Shown piece by piece: positions 5,947 to 14,877 of a DNA stretch of 54,589 nt. The notes under the pieces are model-generated. The model was not told the DNA's origin and ran no database searches. It was given only the letters and a program-made list of their open reading frames with translations. The DNA comes from a virus (Duplodnaviria; Caudoviricetes), in the IMG/VR virus record IMGVR_UViG_3300022752_000087, positions 1 to 54,589 of that record; one strand, 5' to 3'. The translations under genes were made by a program, and so were the position numbers. Within the stretch, counting starts at the first letter, position 1. Each line of letters starts with the position of its first letter.

Positions 5947-7334
5947 TGGCTGTGGTTATCAACTACACGCCGCCGCCTACCGGTAAGCGCTTCATGGAGA
6001 GCAACGCCAAGATGCGTGCCCTGATGGGTCCGGTCGGCTCAGGTAAGTCTGTGACCTGCTGCTTCGAGATCGTGCGGCGCGCGTCCATGCAGGAACCCAA
6101 CGAGCAGGGTATCCGCCGCACGCGGGCGGCTGTGGTCCGCGAGACTGCACGCCAGCTTGAAGATACCACGATCAAGACGTTCCTCGACTGGTTCCCTCCG
6201 GGTCAGTGCGGGACGTGGCTGCGGACCAAGAAGACCTACTTCTTCAAGGTTGGCGATGTTGAGTGTGAGATCATGTTCCGCGCGCTTGATGACGCGGACG
6301 ACGTGGCCAACCTGAACTCACTCGAACTTACCTTCGCATGGTTTAACGAGTGCCGGGACATTCACCCTGATATCGTGGACGCCATGTCCAAACGTGTCGG
6401 TCGTTTCCCCTCGGCTAAGGACGGCGGTCCGACGTGGCACGGGATGTGGGGCGATACCAACCCGCCCACCATGGACACTTGGTGGTACTACCAGTTCGAG
6501 AAGCTCGACCCCAAGGACGGCGTGTCACCCAACGACAACGGGTGGGATGTGTTCAAGCAGCCCTCGGGGCGCAGCCCCTACGCCGAGAACATCGAGAACC
6601 TGCCGGATGGGTACTACGATACACAGGGCCGGTCGGAAGAGTACATCCGGGTTTTCATCGACGGAGACTATGGCCTGTCGAGCGCCGGGCAACCGGTGTA
6701 CAAGTACTTCCGACCTGACTACCACATGGCCAAGCAGCCGCTCCGTGGCATCATCAACGGGTTGCGGCCCATCATCGTCGGGATCGACTTGGGTCTCACG
6801 CCTGCGGCGGTCATCGGGCAGCAGGACCCGCGAGGTCGGGCGCTCATCCTCGGTGAGGCCGTGAGCTTCGACATGGGCATCCAGCGGTTCATCCGGACCG
6901 TACTCAAACCCATGATCTTCGAGAGGTTCAGCGGCTGCCCGGTGTTGATCGTGACCGACCCTGCGGGTGTGCAGCGGGCGCAGACCGACGAGCGCAGTGC
7001 AGTGGATATCATCAAGGCTGAGGGGTTCAAGGTCATCCCGGCCAAGACCAACAGCATCTCGGCGCGGATCAACGCGGTCGATGACTACCTCATGCGGCAG
7101 GTGGATGGCGATCCGGGGTTCCTGCTCGACCCACGCTGCACCGCGCTCAAGGCTGCCATGATGGGTGGGTACCGGTACAAGCCCAAGGCCGATGGGGCCA
7201 TCGACAAGAACAAGCATAGCCATGTGGCCGAGGCGCTCCAGTACCTCTGCCTGCACCTCCATAGTGGTGGCGAGGCGGGGCAGCTTGCGCAGCGCCGTGA
7301 AATTAGGGTCTTGTCATCTGCCGGATGGACGTGA
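5946..7334 (+). CDS. terL: Terminase large subunit
   Basis: Walker A GPVGSGKS, Walker B-like AWFNE, motif III DTNPP, RNase H-like nuclease (GIDLG, TDPAG, HVAEALQY). Confidence 0.95.
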   Translation: MAVVINYTPPPTGKRFMESNAKMRALMGPVGSGKSVTCCFEIVRRASMQEPNEQGIRRTRAAVVRETARQLEDTTIKTFLDWFPPGQCGTWLRTKKTYFFKVGDVECEIMFRALDDADDVANLNSLELTFAWFNECRDIHPDIVDAMSKRVGRFPSAKDGGPTWHGMWGDTNPPTMDTWWYYQFEKLDPKDGVSPNDNGWDVFKQPSGRSPYAENIENLPDGYYDTQGRSEEYIRVFIDGDYGLSSAGQPVYKYFRPDYHMAKQPLRGIINGLRPIIVGIDLGLTPAAVIGQQDPRGRALILGEAVSFDMGIQRFIRTVLKPMIFERFSGCPVLIVTDPAGVQRAQTDERSAVDIIKAEGFKVIPAKTNSISARINAVDDYLMRQVDGDPGFLLDPRCTALKAAMMGGYRYKPKADGAIDKNKHSHVAEALQYLCLHLHSGGEAGQLAQRREIRVLSSAGWT

Positions 7335-7373
7335 TACAAACTGTCCGTTCAGTCATCGTTACTCTCCACCTTA

Positions 7374-7423
7374 GCCTCAGTGCAGTGGCCCCCCTCTTCC
7401 CCACTGCACTGGGGTTTTCTTTT
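7374..7423 (+). terminator. Intrinsic terminator after terL with a 12-nt C/U loop
   Basis: CCTCAGTGCAGTGG-CCCCCCTCTTCC-CCACTGCACTGGGG-TTTTCTTTT. Confidence 0.85.
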
Positions 7424-7428
7424 GTCTA

Positions 7429-7457
7429 TTGCGCGTACAGATATGCCGTGATAACTT
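7429..7457 (+). promoter_or_regulatory. Possible promoter for the head operon (TTGCGC-N17-TAACTT, extended TG)
   Basis: Correct spacing; directly after the terminator and before ORF 7491. Confidence 0.4.
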
Positions 7458-7490
7458 ATCCCAAATATCTTCTATTTTGGGGTCCCCCGC

Positions 7491-7832
7491 ATGGCTATCT
7501 ACTCGACCAACCCGAAGATGGACACCTCCGGCATCCGCGCGGAAAAGCCTGTATATGGCTATATGGGCAACCAGATCGGGACAAAACCCAAGGCGGGCGG
7601 CGAGTTTTACCTTGAAGCGATCAGCGAGCAGTCTGACGAATATGGTATGGGAAAGACCAACGCCCTGACCTCAGATGCCAACATGCGCGCAGCGGCCAGC
7701 CTCGTCAATCAGGGCTACTCCTGCGATCATGCCTTCGACATCGTCGGGAAGGAATCCATGTGGATGCCTGACAAGACGGACATCGTGAAGGCCGGGGCTA
7801 GGATGGTCAAGAAGGCGAGCAAGGGCTACTGA
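7491..7832 (+). CDS. Hypothetical protein
   Basis: 113-aa ORF directly upstream of the portal gene. Confidence 0.75.
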   Translation: MAIYSTNPKMDTSGIRAEKPVYGYMGNQIGTKPKAGGEFYLEAISEQSDEYGMGKTNALTSDANMRAAASLVNQGYSCDHAFDIVGKESMWMPDKTDIVKAGARMVKKASKGY

Positions 7833-7835
7833 TAA

Positions 7836-9902
7836 ATGGCCGGGCTTACCTTCCTCCGCGTTGTGAACAACGAAGACCTTGCTCGTCAGGAGAAGGAAGC
7901 GTCGGATCGTGCACTTCAGGAACGCCAGAACCAGCCAGTCATCCTCGGTCTGACCGGGTACCTGCGACAGTGTTGGGACGTGGCCGAGATGGCCAAGCGC
8001 CCCATCGAGCAGATCATGCTCCGTGCCATGCGCCAACGCAATGGCGAGTACGACGCCGATAAACTTCAGCAGATCAGGAGCCAAGGCGGCTCACAGATTT
8101 ACATGATGATCACCGAGGTGAAATGCCGCGCCGCCGAAAGCTGGCTGCGGGATATCCTCCTCGACAACGGTTCGCCGCCGTGGGACTTGGACCCTACTCC
8201 CATTCCCGATCTGTCGCCTGCGCAGTCGCGCGAAGTCCAAGCTGTCTTCGCTGAGAAAATCCTTGAGATTGTCCAGAACTCTGGACAGGCACCGACCGTT
8301 GCGCAGATGGCCGAGATCAAGGAGATGGTCAGCCAAGACTACCGCTTCGGTGTTCTCCAGCAGTCGCAGAACCGCGCTGACCGGATGAAGATCAAGATTC
8401 AGGACCAGTTCCTACAAGGTGGTTGGGACACAGCGTTCAACGATTTCATCACTGATCTCGTCACGTTCCCGGCTGCGTTCATCAAAGGTCCGATTGTGCG
8501 GCGTCAGCGGGCGTTGGGTTGGAAGACATCGCCTGATGGTCGCACGCAGGTCGAACCTATTGAACGGCTTGGTCCTGAATACGAGCGGGTCGATCCGTTC
8601 CGCATCTACCCGGAACCCGGTGTCGGCACTATCCACGAGGGCTACCTCTTCGAGCATCATCGCCTGTCACGCACTGAGTTGTCAGAACTTATCGGTGTGC
8701 CCGGCTACGACGACGATGCGATCCGCAAGGTTCTTGAGATCGGCAACGGTCAGTCGTGGATCAACGAAGATGTCGAACTCCAGAAGGACGAGGAAGAGCG
8801 CAAGTTCTACAGCTACATGCGCCCGACCACCGAGTACGACGCGCTTGAGTTCTGGGGTAAGGTCAGCGGCAAGATGCTGATCGAGTGGGGTATGACCGAG
8901 GATGAGGTCCCCGATCCAGCCCGCGAGTACGACGCCAACGTCTGGTTGGTAGGTAACTACGTCATCAAGGCAGTACTAAACTATGACCCGCTGGGTCAGA
9001 AGCCCTATGCCAAGACCAGCTTTATCAAGTGCCCCGGCGCGTTCTGGGGTAAGGGCATCCCCGAGATCATTGAAGACCTGCAAGGCGTCTGCAACGCGGC
9101 TGCCCGCGCGCTGGTCAACAACATGGGTATTGCCTCGGGTCCGCAGGTTGAGATCAACCTCGACCGCATCCCGGCCAACGAGGATATCACACAGCTTTCA
9201 CCTTGGAAAATCTGGCAGACGGTCAACGATCCTGTCGGTTCGTCCTCACCTGCAATCCGGTTCACGCAGCCTGAGTCGCGCGCTTCTGAATTGATGGGTG
9301 TCTATGAGAAATTCAGCCGTCTGGCTGATGACCACTCGGGTATCCCGGCCTACGTCTACGGCGACCTCAACGTGCAGGGTGCAGGTCGAACATCGTCTGG
9401 CCTGTCCATGCTTATGGGTGCCGCAGGTAAGGGCATCCGTCAGGTCGTTATGCACATCGACGCTGACATTGTGAAACCAATCGTCGAGCGGCAGTTCATC
9501 TACAACATGCGCTACGACCCAGATGAGTCTATCAAGGGTGACGTTGAAGTGGTCGCCAAGGGCGCGATCAACCTCGCGGTCAAGGAGACCGTCAACGTTC
9601 GCCGTATCGAGTTCCTCAACGCAACCGCCAATCCTTTCGACATCGAAATCATTGGTAAGGATGGCCGCGCCGCGATTCTTCGTGAAGTGGCTAAAGGGTT
9701 GCAGATGCCCGTGGATGAGGTCGTCCCATCTCGGGAGAAGTCCGCTTACGATCAGCAGCAGGCAGCGCTTGCGGCAAGTGCAGTTGCACAGATGCAATCG
9801 GCACAACCCAGCGCACCGGCTCCGACTGACGCAAGCGGCGCTCCCAAAGGTGGGATGGAAGGCAACACGGTCAGTAGCCGCGTAAGTGGGAGGGCCGCAT
9901 GA
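7836..9902 (+). CDS. Portal protein
   Basis: 688 aa after terL. Podoviral portal-like motifs (VDPFRIYP, FWGKGIPE..EDLQ, GRTSSGLSMLM). Confidence 0.88.
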   Translation: MAGLTFLRVVNNEDLARQEKEASDRALQERQNQPVILGLTGYLRQCWDVAEMAKRPIEQIMLRAMRQRNGEYDADKLQQIRSQGGSQIYMMITEVKCRAAESWLRDILLDNGSPPWDLDPTPIPDLSPAQSREVQAVFAEKILEIVQNSGQAPTVAQMAEIKEMVSQDYRFGVLQQSQNRADRMKIKIQDQFLQGGWDTAFNDFITDLVTFPAAFIKGPIVRRQRALGWKTSPDGRTQVEPIERLGPEYERVDPFRIYPEPGVGTIHEGYLFEHHRLSRTELSELIGVPGYDDDAIRKVLEIGNGQSWINEDVELQKDEEERKFYSYMRPTTEYDALEFWGKVSGKMLIEWGMTEDEVPDPAREYDANVWLVGNYVIKAVLNYDPLGQKPYAKTSFIKCPGAFWGKGIPEIIEDLQGVCNAAARALVNNMGIASGPQVEINLDRIPANEDITQLSPWKIWQTVNDPVGSSSPAIRFTQPESRASELMGVYEKFSRLADDHSGIPAYVYGDLNVQGAGRTSSGLSMLMGAAGKGIRQVVMHIDADIVKPIVERQFIYNMRYDPDESIKGDVEVVAKGAINLAVKETVNVRRIEFLNATANPFDIEIIGKDGRAAILREVAKGLQMPVDEVVPSREKSAYDQQQAALAASAVAQMQSAQPSAPAPTDASGAPKGGMEGNTVSSRVSGRAA

Positions 9903-10114
9903 TTCGGCCCAGCCCTCAGGTGACGAAGGCCCTCGGCGCTTCTGTTAGGCAGTTCCCAGCGTTGCTGGAATGGCTGCGTGAATGGGAGATGCAGGAGCTT
10001 CGCCGCCTACCCAGCGTGGTTGACAACACTGGCATTTATCAGGGCAGGTGCCAAGTGCTTGGCGAACTCGTAAAGTTCGCATCCGATGCCCCCAACCTAG
10101 CGGCTGATATATGA
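9899..10114 (+). CDS. Small conserved head-module protein (YQGRCQVL motif)
   Basis: ATGA coupling to the portal gene; typical portal-adjacent small gene. Confidence 0.75.
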   Translation: MIRPSPQVTKALGASVRQFPALLEWLREWEMQELRRLPSVVDNTGIYQGRCQVLGELVKFASDAPNLAADI

Positions 10115-10150
10115 GCCGACTAATCAAGCTCACAGATTGGAGCAATTAAC

Positions 10151-11176
10151 ATGGCAATTCCAGAGCAAGTTCGTAAGCAGTCCGAAGCCGTACAGGAACT
10201 GTACAAGCAGCTAAATGGTGAGTCCGACACAAGCGGCAACGCTGAGGCCGGGCAGGAAACCATTGACGCTGGCGAAGATGCGTCCACGGCTGACGCGAAT
10301 GCAAACGATAATGCTGCTCAGGTGTCGGGAGACGAGCACACTACCGGCACAGCAAACACGGAAGATGAAAACTCTGAGACTTATGCTCAGAGGTGGCGGT
10401 CCCTTCAGGGTTCGTACAATGCCACGGTTCGTCAGAAGGCCGAACTCGAACAGCGCGTAGCGCAGATGGAAAACTTGCTGGCCTCCCTGTCAGCACAGCA
10501 GTCTGCGGCTCCGGCTCGCACGGAGCAGGCCCAGCCCGAGCGGCTTGTGTCTGATCAGGAAGCCGACGAGTACGGTGAGTCGATTGACGTTATGCGTAAG
10601 GTCAGCCGCGAGGAACTTATCCCCGTGGCACAGCGTCTTGCTCATATCGAAGGTCTCCTCCAGCAGATGCAGGCCAATGTTGTCCCGCAGGTACAGGCTG
10701 TCGCGCAGCGTCAGCAGGTCTCAGCAGAACAGCAGTTCTGGTCCGATCTGACATCGTATGTTCCGAACTGGCGTGAGGTCAACGACAATGACGGCTTCCA
10801 GTCGTGGTTGCTCGATGTTGACCCGCTGACGGGTATGGCCCGTCAGACGTACCTCGAAGAAGCCCAACGTTCGCTCGATGCTCATCGGGTTAGCGCATTC
10901 TTCCGCACTTGGCTTGAGTCTACTGGACAAGCCTCTGTTGCTCAATCAGCCCCTGCTACCTCTAGCGAGCTTGAAAAGCAGGTGACTCCGGGTCGTTCGC
11001 GCGGCGTTGGAGCATCTACTGCCAAGCAGCCCAAGACGTACTCGCCAGACGACATCAAGAAGTTCTTCGATGACGTGCGGTCGGGGAAGTACAAGGGTCG
11101 TGAACAGGAGCGGGATCGTGTCGAACGCGACATTTTTGCGGCGCAACGAGAAGGCCGCATTGTCGTAAACGCTTGA
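10151..11176 (+). CDS. Putative capsid scaffolding protein
   Basis: Acidic, Gln-rich coiled-coil protein immediately upstream of the major capsid gene. Confidence 0.75.
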   Translation: MAIPEQVRKQSEAVQELYKQLNGESDTSGNAEAGQETIDAGEDASTADANANDNAAQVSGDEHTTGTANTEDENSETYAQRWRSLQGSYNATVRQKAELEQRVAQMENLLASLSAQQSAAPARTEQAQPERLVSDQEADEYGESIDVMRKVSREELIPVAQRLAHIEGLLQQMQANVVPQVQAVAQRQQVSAEQQFWSDLTSYVPNWREVNDNDGFQSWLLDVDPLTGMARQTYLEEAQRSLDAHRVSAFFRTWLESTGQASVAQSAPATSSELEKQVTPGRSRGVGASTAKQPKTYSPDDIKKFFDDVRSGKYKGREQERDRVERDIFAAQREGRIVVNA

Positions 11177-11192
11177 TTAGAAGGATCATTCT

Positions 11193-12116
11193 ATGTCGTA
11201 TCCTGTTTCCCCCGGTAACCCGAACTACTCGGGTAACTTCATCCCCGAAATCTGGTCGGGTAAGCTGATCGAGAATTTCTACGACGCCACTGTGCTCGCA
11301 GCGATCTCGAACACCAACTACGAGGGTGAAATCCGCCAGTACGGTGATACCGTCAACATCCGCACGACCCCCGAGATCAGCATCCGCGACTACGTCAAGG
11401 GTCAGGCGCTGACTGTCGATAACCCCGACAAGCCGAAGATTCAGCTTGTCATCGACAAGGGTGAGTACTTTGCCTGCGTCGAGGACGATGTGGACAAGGT
11501 GCAGTCAGACATCAACCTGATGGACACTTGGTCGAAGGACGCTTCCGAGCGTATGAAGATCAAGATCGACCAGCGCGTGCTGACCGACATCCTGCCGGGT
11601 ATCGCCTCGACCAACAAGGGTGCTACTGCGGGTGAGCAGTCGGCTTCGTTCAATCTTGGTACGACTGGCTCGCCGCTCACCGTGACCAAGGACGGCGCTG
11701 GCGGTACAACTTCGGTGATCGACCTGATCGTCGATATGGGTACTGTGCTCGATGAAGCGAACGCTCCGGAAGCAGACCGGTTCCTCGTCATTCCTGCCAA
11801 GATGGCCGGTCTGATCAAGAAGTCGGAACTGAAGGATGCCTCGCTGACCGGCGACAGCATGTCGGTGATCCGCAACGGTCGCCTCGGTATGGTGGACCGC
11901 TTCACCATCTATGTGAGCCACAACCTGTACGTGACCTCGGGCAAGTACAATATCATCAGTGGCCACAAGATGGGCTTCACCTTCGCTTCGCAGATGACGA
12001 ACATGGAAACCATTCGGTCGGAAACGACCTTTGGCAACATCATTCGCGGTCTTCAGGTGTATGGCTACAAGGTCATCAAGCCCGAAGCGCTCTCGACTGC
12101 TGTCATCCAGTTCTGA
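11193..12116 (+). CDS. Major capsid protein (P22-coat-like HK97 fold)
   Basis: NFIPEIWSGKL...YEGEI.QYGDTVNI N-terminus and RGLQVYGYKVIKPEAL C-terminus; highly biased codons; hairpin downstream. Confidence 0.92.
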   Translation: MSYPVSPGNPNYSGNFIPEIWSGKLIENFYDATVLAAISNTNYEGEIRQYGDTVNIRTTPEISIRDYVKGQALTVDNPDKPKIQLVIDKGEYFACVEDDVDKVQSDINLMDTWSKDASERMKIKIDQRVLTDILPGIASTNKGATAGEQSASFNLGTTGSPLTVTKDGAGGTTSVIDLIVDMGTVLDEANAPEADRFLVIPAKMAGLIKKSELKDASLTGDSMSVIRNGRLGMVDRFTIYVSHNLYVTSGKYNIISGHKMGFTFASQMTNMETIRSETTFGNIIRGLQVYGYKVIKPEALSTAVIQF

Positions 12117-12117
12117 T

Positions 12118-12141
12118 GGTAGGGGACTTCGGTCCCCTACT
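12118..12141 (+). terminator. Hairpin / weak terminator after the capsid gene
   Basis: GGTAGGGGAC-TTCG-GTCCCCTACT; short U tract. Confidence 0.7.
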
Positions 12142-12161
12142 TAGCTTGAAAGGTTACTACC

Positions 12162-12617
12162 ATGGCTGCCTACACTGACTCGCTTGGCTTCAATAAGGGT
12201 ACCGCTGCGTACCCGGCCAACAACCCGCCTGTCAGCAAGTTCGAGGTCGAACTCGACTTTGCCGACATCATCGCCGCTCGCTCCGCTGCCGGGGCTACTG
12301 CACTTGCCGCAGGTGATACGCTCCAGATCATCAACCTGCCTGCGTACTGTGTCGTCCTCGCCGCTGGCCTGAATGTCACTTCGGCAGAGACGGTCAACAC
12401 CACGGCGACCTTCGACTTCGGCTATACCGGTGGATCACCTGCCGCTGCCAACATCTACTGCGACGACTGTGCGTCGAACGTAGTGGCGATGGACTCGGAT
12501 AACCTCGCTAACGCGACGATTATCAAGACGGCAGACACCATCGACCTCCTCCTCAACACTGCGGTTCCAACCAATGCTGTTGTGAAGGCATGGGCCATCG
12601 TCGCGGACTGCGGCTGA
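12162..12617 (+). CDS. Putative capsid decoration/cement protein
   Basis: 151-aa beta-rich protein (LAAGDTLQII.LPA) directly after the capsid gene. Confidence 0.6.
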   Translation: MAAYTDSLGFNKGTAAYPANNPPVSKFEVELDFADIIAARSAAGATALAAGDTLQIINLPAYCVVLAAGLNVTSAETVNTTATFDFGYTGGSPAAANIYCDDCASNVVAMDSDNLANATIIKTADTIDLLLNTAVPTNAVVKAWAIVADCG

Positions 12618-12688
12618 TCAGTTTGGGGCTGCTGGCAGGATTGGGGGTTCCCGGTCGGAAGGCAGCCCCTCCTTCTTAGGAGGTTAAT

Positions 12689-13255
12689 ATGGGTGTCTAT
12701 CGCGGTATTACGCAGGACAATGTGACGATTCAGGGCGGTACCGCGTACAGCCTTAACCTCGTCACTCCGTCCATTGGCGGCACGGCCCTTGATGCAACGG
12801 CTGCCGAAATCAATGCCGTTGCTGATATGTCTGCACGGCTTGTAACGGCCACGGCTGCTACGCTGGCGGTGACTACTGCCAGCCACGACCAGAAGATCGT
12901 CGTTCTTAATCGCGCTGCCGGTGTAGCGGTCACGCTTCCTGCGGCCACGGGGTCGGGGGCAGTGTTCCGCTTTACGGTCGGTACTGATGTCACAAGCAAC
13001 AGTGTCACTATCAAGGTGGCTGATGCCTCCGACGTGATGCAGGGTATGCTCACCGTAACGGACCGCGCCGATGGTTCGACCGTTGGGTTTGGTACGGTCG
13101 CTGCCAGCGACACGATCACACTCAACGGCGGCACCACTGGTGGTCTCAAAGGTGGTATGATCACGCTGGTAGATATCGGTGCTGATCTCTATGCAGTCAC
13201 CGGCACCGTTGTCGGTAACGGCACTGAAGCAACGCCGTTCAGCGCGACCGTGTAA
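12689..13255 (+). CDS. Virion structural protein (head fibre-like)
   Basis: Thr/Ala/Gly-rich with VTLPAATGSG motif; structural module. Confidence 0.65.
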   Translation: MGVYRGITQDNVTIQGGTAYSLNLVTPSIGGTALDATAAEINAVADMSARLVTATAATLAVTTASHDQKIVVLNRAAGVAVTLPAATGSGAVFRFTVGTDVTSNSVTIKVADASDVMQGMLTVTDRADGSTVGFGTVAASDTITLNGGTTGGLKGGMITLVDIGADLYAVTGTVVGNGTEATPFSATV

Positions 13256-13257
13256 TA

Positions 13258-13280
13258 GATGGGGGCCTCGTGCCCCCATC
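13258..13280 (+). terminator. Intergenic hairpin
   Basis: GATGGGGGC-CTCGT-GCCCCCATC; no U tract. Confidence 0.5.
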
Positions 13281-13296
13281 AACATAGGAAGTCCTC

Positions 13297-14214
13297 ATGC
13301 CCACCAATCTGACCGGGTCACTGATCAACGCCACATACAGCCAGTTGCTGCACATCAGCGGTGGGCCGACCGCGACGGAACAGACGATCTACAGTGGTAC
13401 AGGCGTGGCCACGGCCATGAAGCTTGGCACTGTATCTGCCTCGGTAGAAAATATCCAGTTCAATGGGAACACGATCTCAACGCTTGATACCAATGGTAAT
13501 CTGGTCCTTGCACCAAACGGTACTGGCTCTGTCAGTGTTGCCAAGGTTGCTATCACAGGCGGGACGATCACCGGCATCACGGACCTTGCTATTGCCGATG
13601 GCGGCACGGGAGCATCCGATGCTGCGACTGCCCGGACCAATCTCGGCCTCGGCACGATTGCCACCCAGAACTCGAACAACGTCTCGATCACAGGTGGCAC
13701 GATCTCGGGGGTAACCTTCAGCGGTTCTTTCACCGGGCTGACGCTCGTGTCGTCCGCAACACTCACTGGTGGGAACCTCAGCCTCAGCGGCAACACCATC
13801 GCCAGCACTGACACCAACGGCAATATCATCCTGACCCCCAACGGGACAGGCGAGGTCTACGCGACCAAGCCGTTTGGGTACGGCGGTGCCGGTACGGGCG
13901 GCACAGTCACGCAAGCTACCAGCAAGTCTACAGGCGTCACGCTGAACAAGCTATGCGGTCAGATCACCATGAACAATGCCACGCTCAATCGTGGCACTTC
14001 GGTCAGCTTCACGCTGACCAACAGCTTCATCGACACGACCGATGTCGTTGTGGTAAACATTGCATCCGGGGCGACCGCAGGCGCTTACGTGATTACGGTG
14101 GAGGTTATCGCTGCCGGGTCGTGTAACATTTCCCTGCATAATAATGCATCGGGGGTCGATTACTCCGAAGCAGTCGTCCTGAACTTCGCCATCATCAAAG
14201 CCGTCAACGCATAA
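13297..14214 (+). CDS. Fibre-like virion protein with internal repeats
   Basis: Repeat GNTI.(S/T).DTNGN..L.PNGTG twice; LAIADGGTGAS..A.ARTNLGLG fibre motif; VTQATSKSTGVTLN C-domain. Confidence 0.75.
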   Translation: MPTNLTGSLINATYSQLLHISGGPTATEQTIYSGTGVATAMKLGTVSASVENIQFNGNTISTLDTNGNLVLAPNGTGSVSVAKVAITGGTITGITDLAIADGGTGASDAATARTNLGLGTIATQNSNNVSITGGTISGVTFSGSFTGLTLVSSATLTGGNLSLSGNTIASTDTNGNIILTPNGTGEVYATKPFGYGGAGTGGTVTQATSKSTGVTLNKLCGQITMNNATLNRGTSVSFTLTNSFIDTTDVVVVNIASGATAGAYVITVEVIAAGSCNISLHNNASGVDYSEAVVLNFAIIKAVNA

Positions 14215-14225
14215 GGAGACCGTCG

Positions 14226-14447
14226 GTGCCCAAACAGAGCTACCCTATCCGTATCGATCTGGAGGCCGCTCGCAAGGCGACTGAAGCTCGTGACATGGCA
14301 AAGGCGCAGACCACGAAGGCTGCTAAGACCACGCTCAACCCCGGTCAGGCTGTTGCCCGAGGTAACCGTATGCAGCGCATGGAGGCCAAGGAAGCCAAGC
14401 TCATCAACCGTAGCGGTACGGGCTACGGTGGGTATCGGGTGCCGTAA
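14226..14447 (+). CDS. Small basic hypothetical protein
   Basis: RBS AAGGAG, GTG start, TAATG coupling downstream. Confidence 0.7.
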   Translation: MPKQSYPIRIDLEAARKATEARDMAKAQTTKAAKTTLNPGQAVARGNRMQRMEAKEAKLINRSGTGYGGYRVP

Positions 14448-14701
14448 TGGCCAAGACCCCTGCATGGACCCGCAAGGAGGGGAAAGACCCCGCTGGAGGA
14501 CTCAACGCCAAGGGGCGTGCCTCCTACAACAAGGCTAACCCCGGTAAGCCGGGATTGAAGCCTCCGCAGCCCGAGGGTGGCCCCCGCAAGAAGTCATTCT
14601 GTGCCCGGATGGAGGGTATGAAGAAGAAGCTGACCAGCGAGAAGACGGCACGGGACCCCAACAGCCGGATCAACAAGAGCCTCAGAGCGTGGAACTGCTG
14701 A
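14447..14701 (+). CDS. Small basic phage protein, DUF6321-like
   Basis: AWTRKEGK.P.GGLNAKGRASY...RKKSFCARM...INKSLRAWNC. Confidence 0.8.
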   Translation: MAKTPAWTRKEGKDPAGGLNAKGRASYNKANPGKPGLKPPQPEGGPRKKSFCARMEGMKKKLTSEKTARDPNSRINKSLRAWNC

Positions 14702-14702
14702 C

Positions 14703-14876
14703 ATGTTGGACCAAGACGAGACAACCAAACATATCGTAGACATGCTTTCGGTGGCCACTGTTTTGGGGACCATCATGAACATGCTTCCGGCTATAGCGGC
14801 GATCTTTACGATCATCTGGACAGCTATCCGTATCTACGAGACGGAGACCGTCCAACGTCTGTTCAGGAAAAAGTGA
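14703..14876 (+). CDS. Small membrane protein (57 aa, holin-like)
   Basis: MLDQDETTKHIVDMLSVATVLGTIMNMLPAIAAIFTIIWTAIRIYETETVQRLFRKK; hydrophobic core, basic C-tail; fills the gap exactly. Confidence 0.75.
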   Translation: MLDQDETTKHIVDMLSVATVLGTIMNMLPAIAAIFTIIWTAIRIYETETVQRLFRKK

Positions 14877-14877
14877 C

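Noticed and set aside
12625-12669. GGGGCTGC...GCAGCCCC stem with internal loop as a riboswitch or ribozyme
   Set aside because: No recognisable conserved core; most simply an mRNA processing or stability hairpin.
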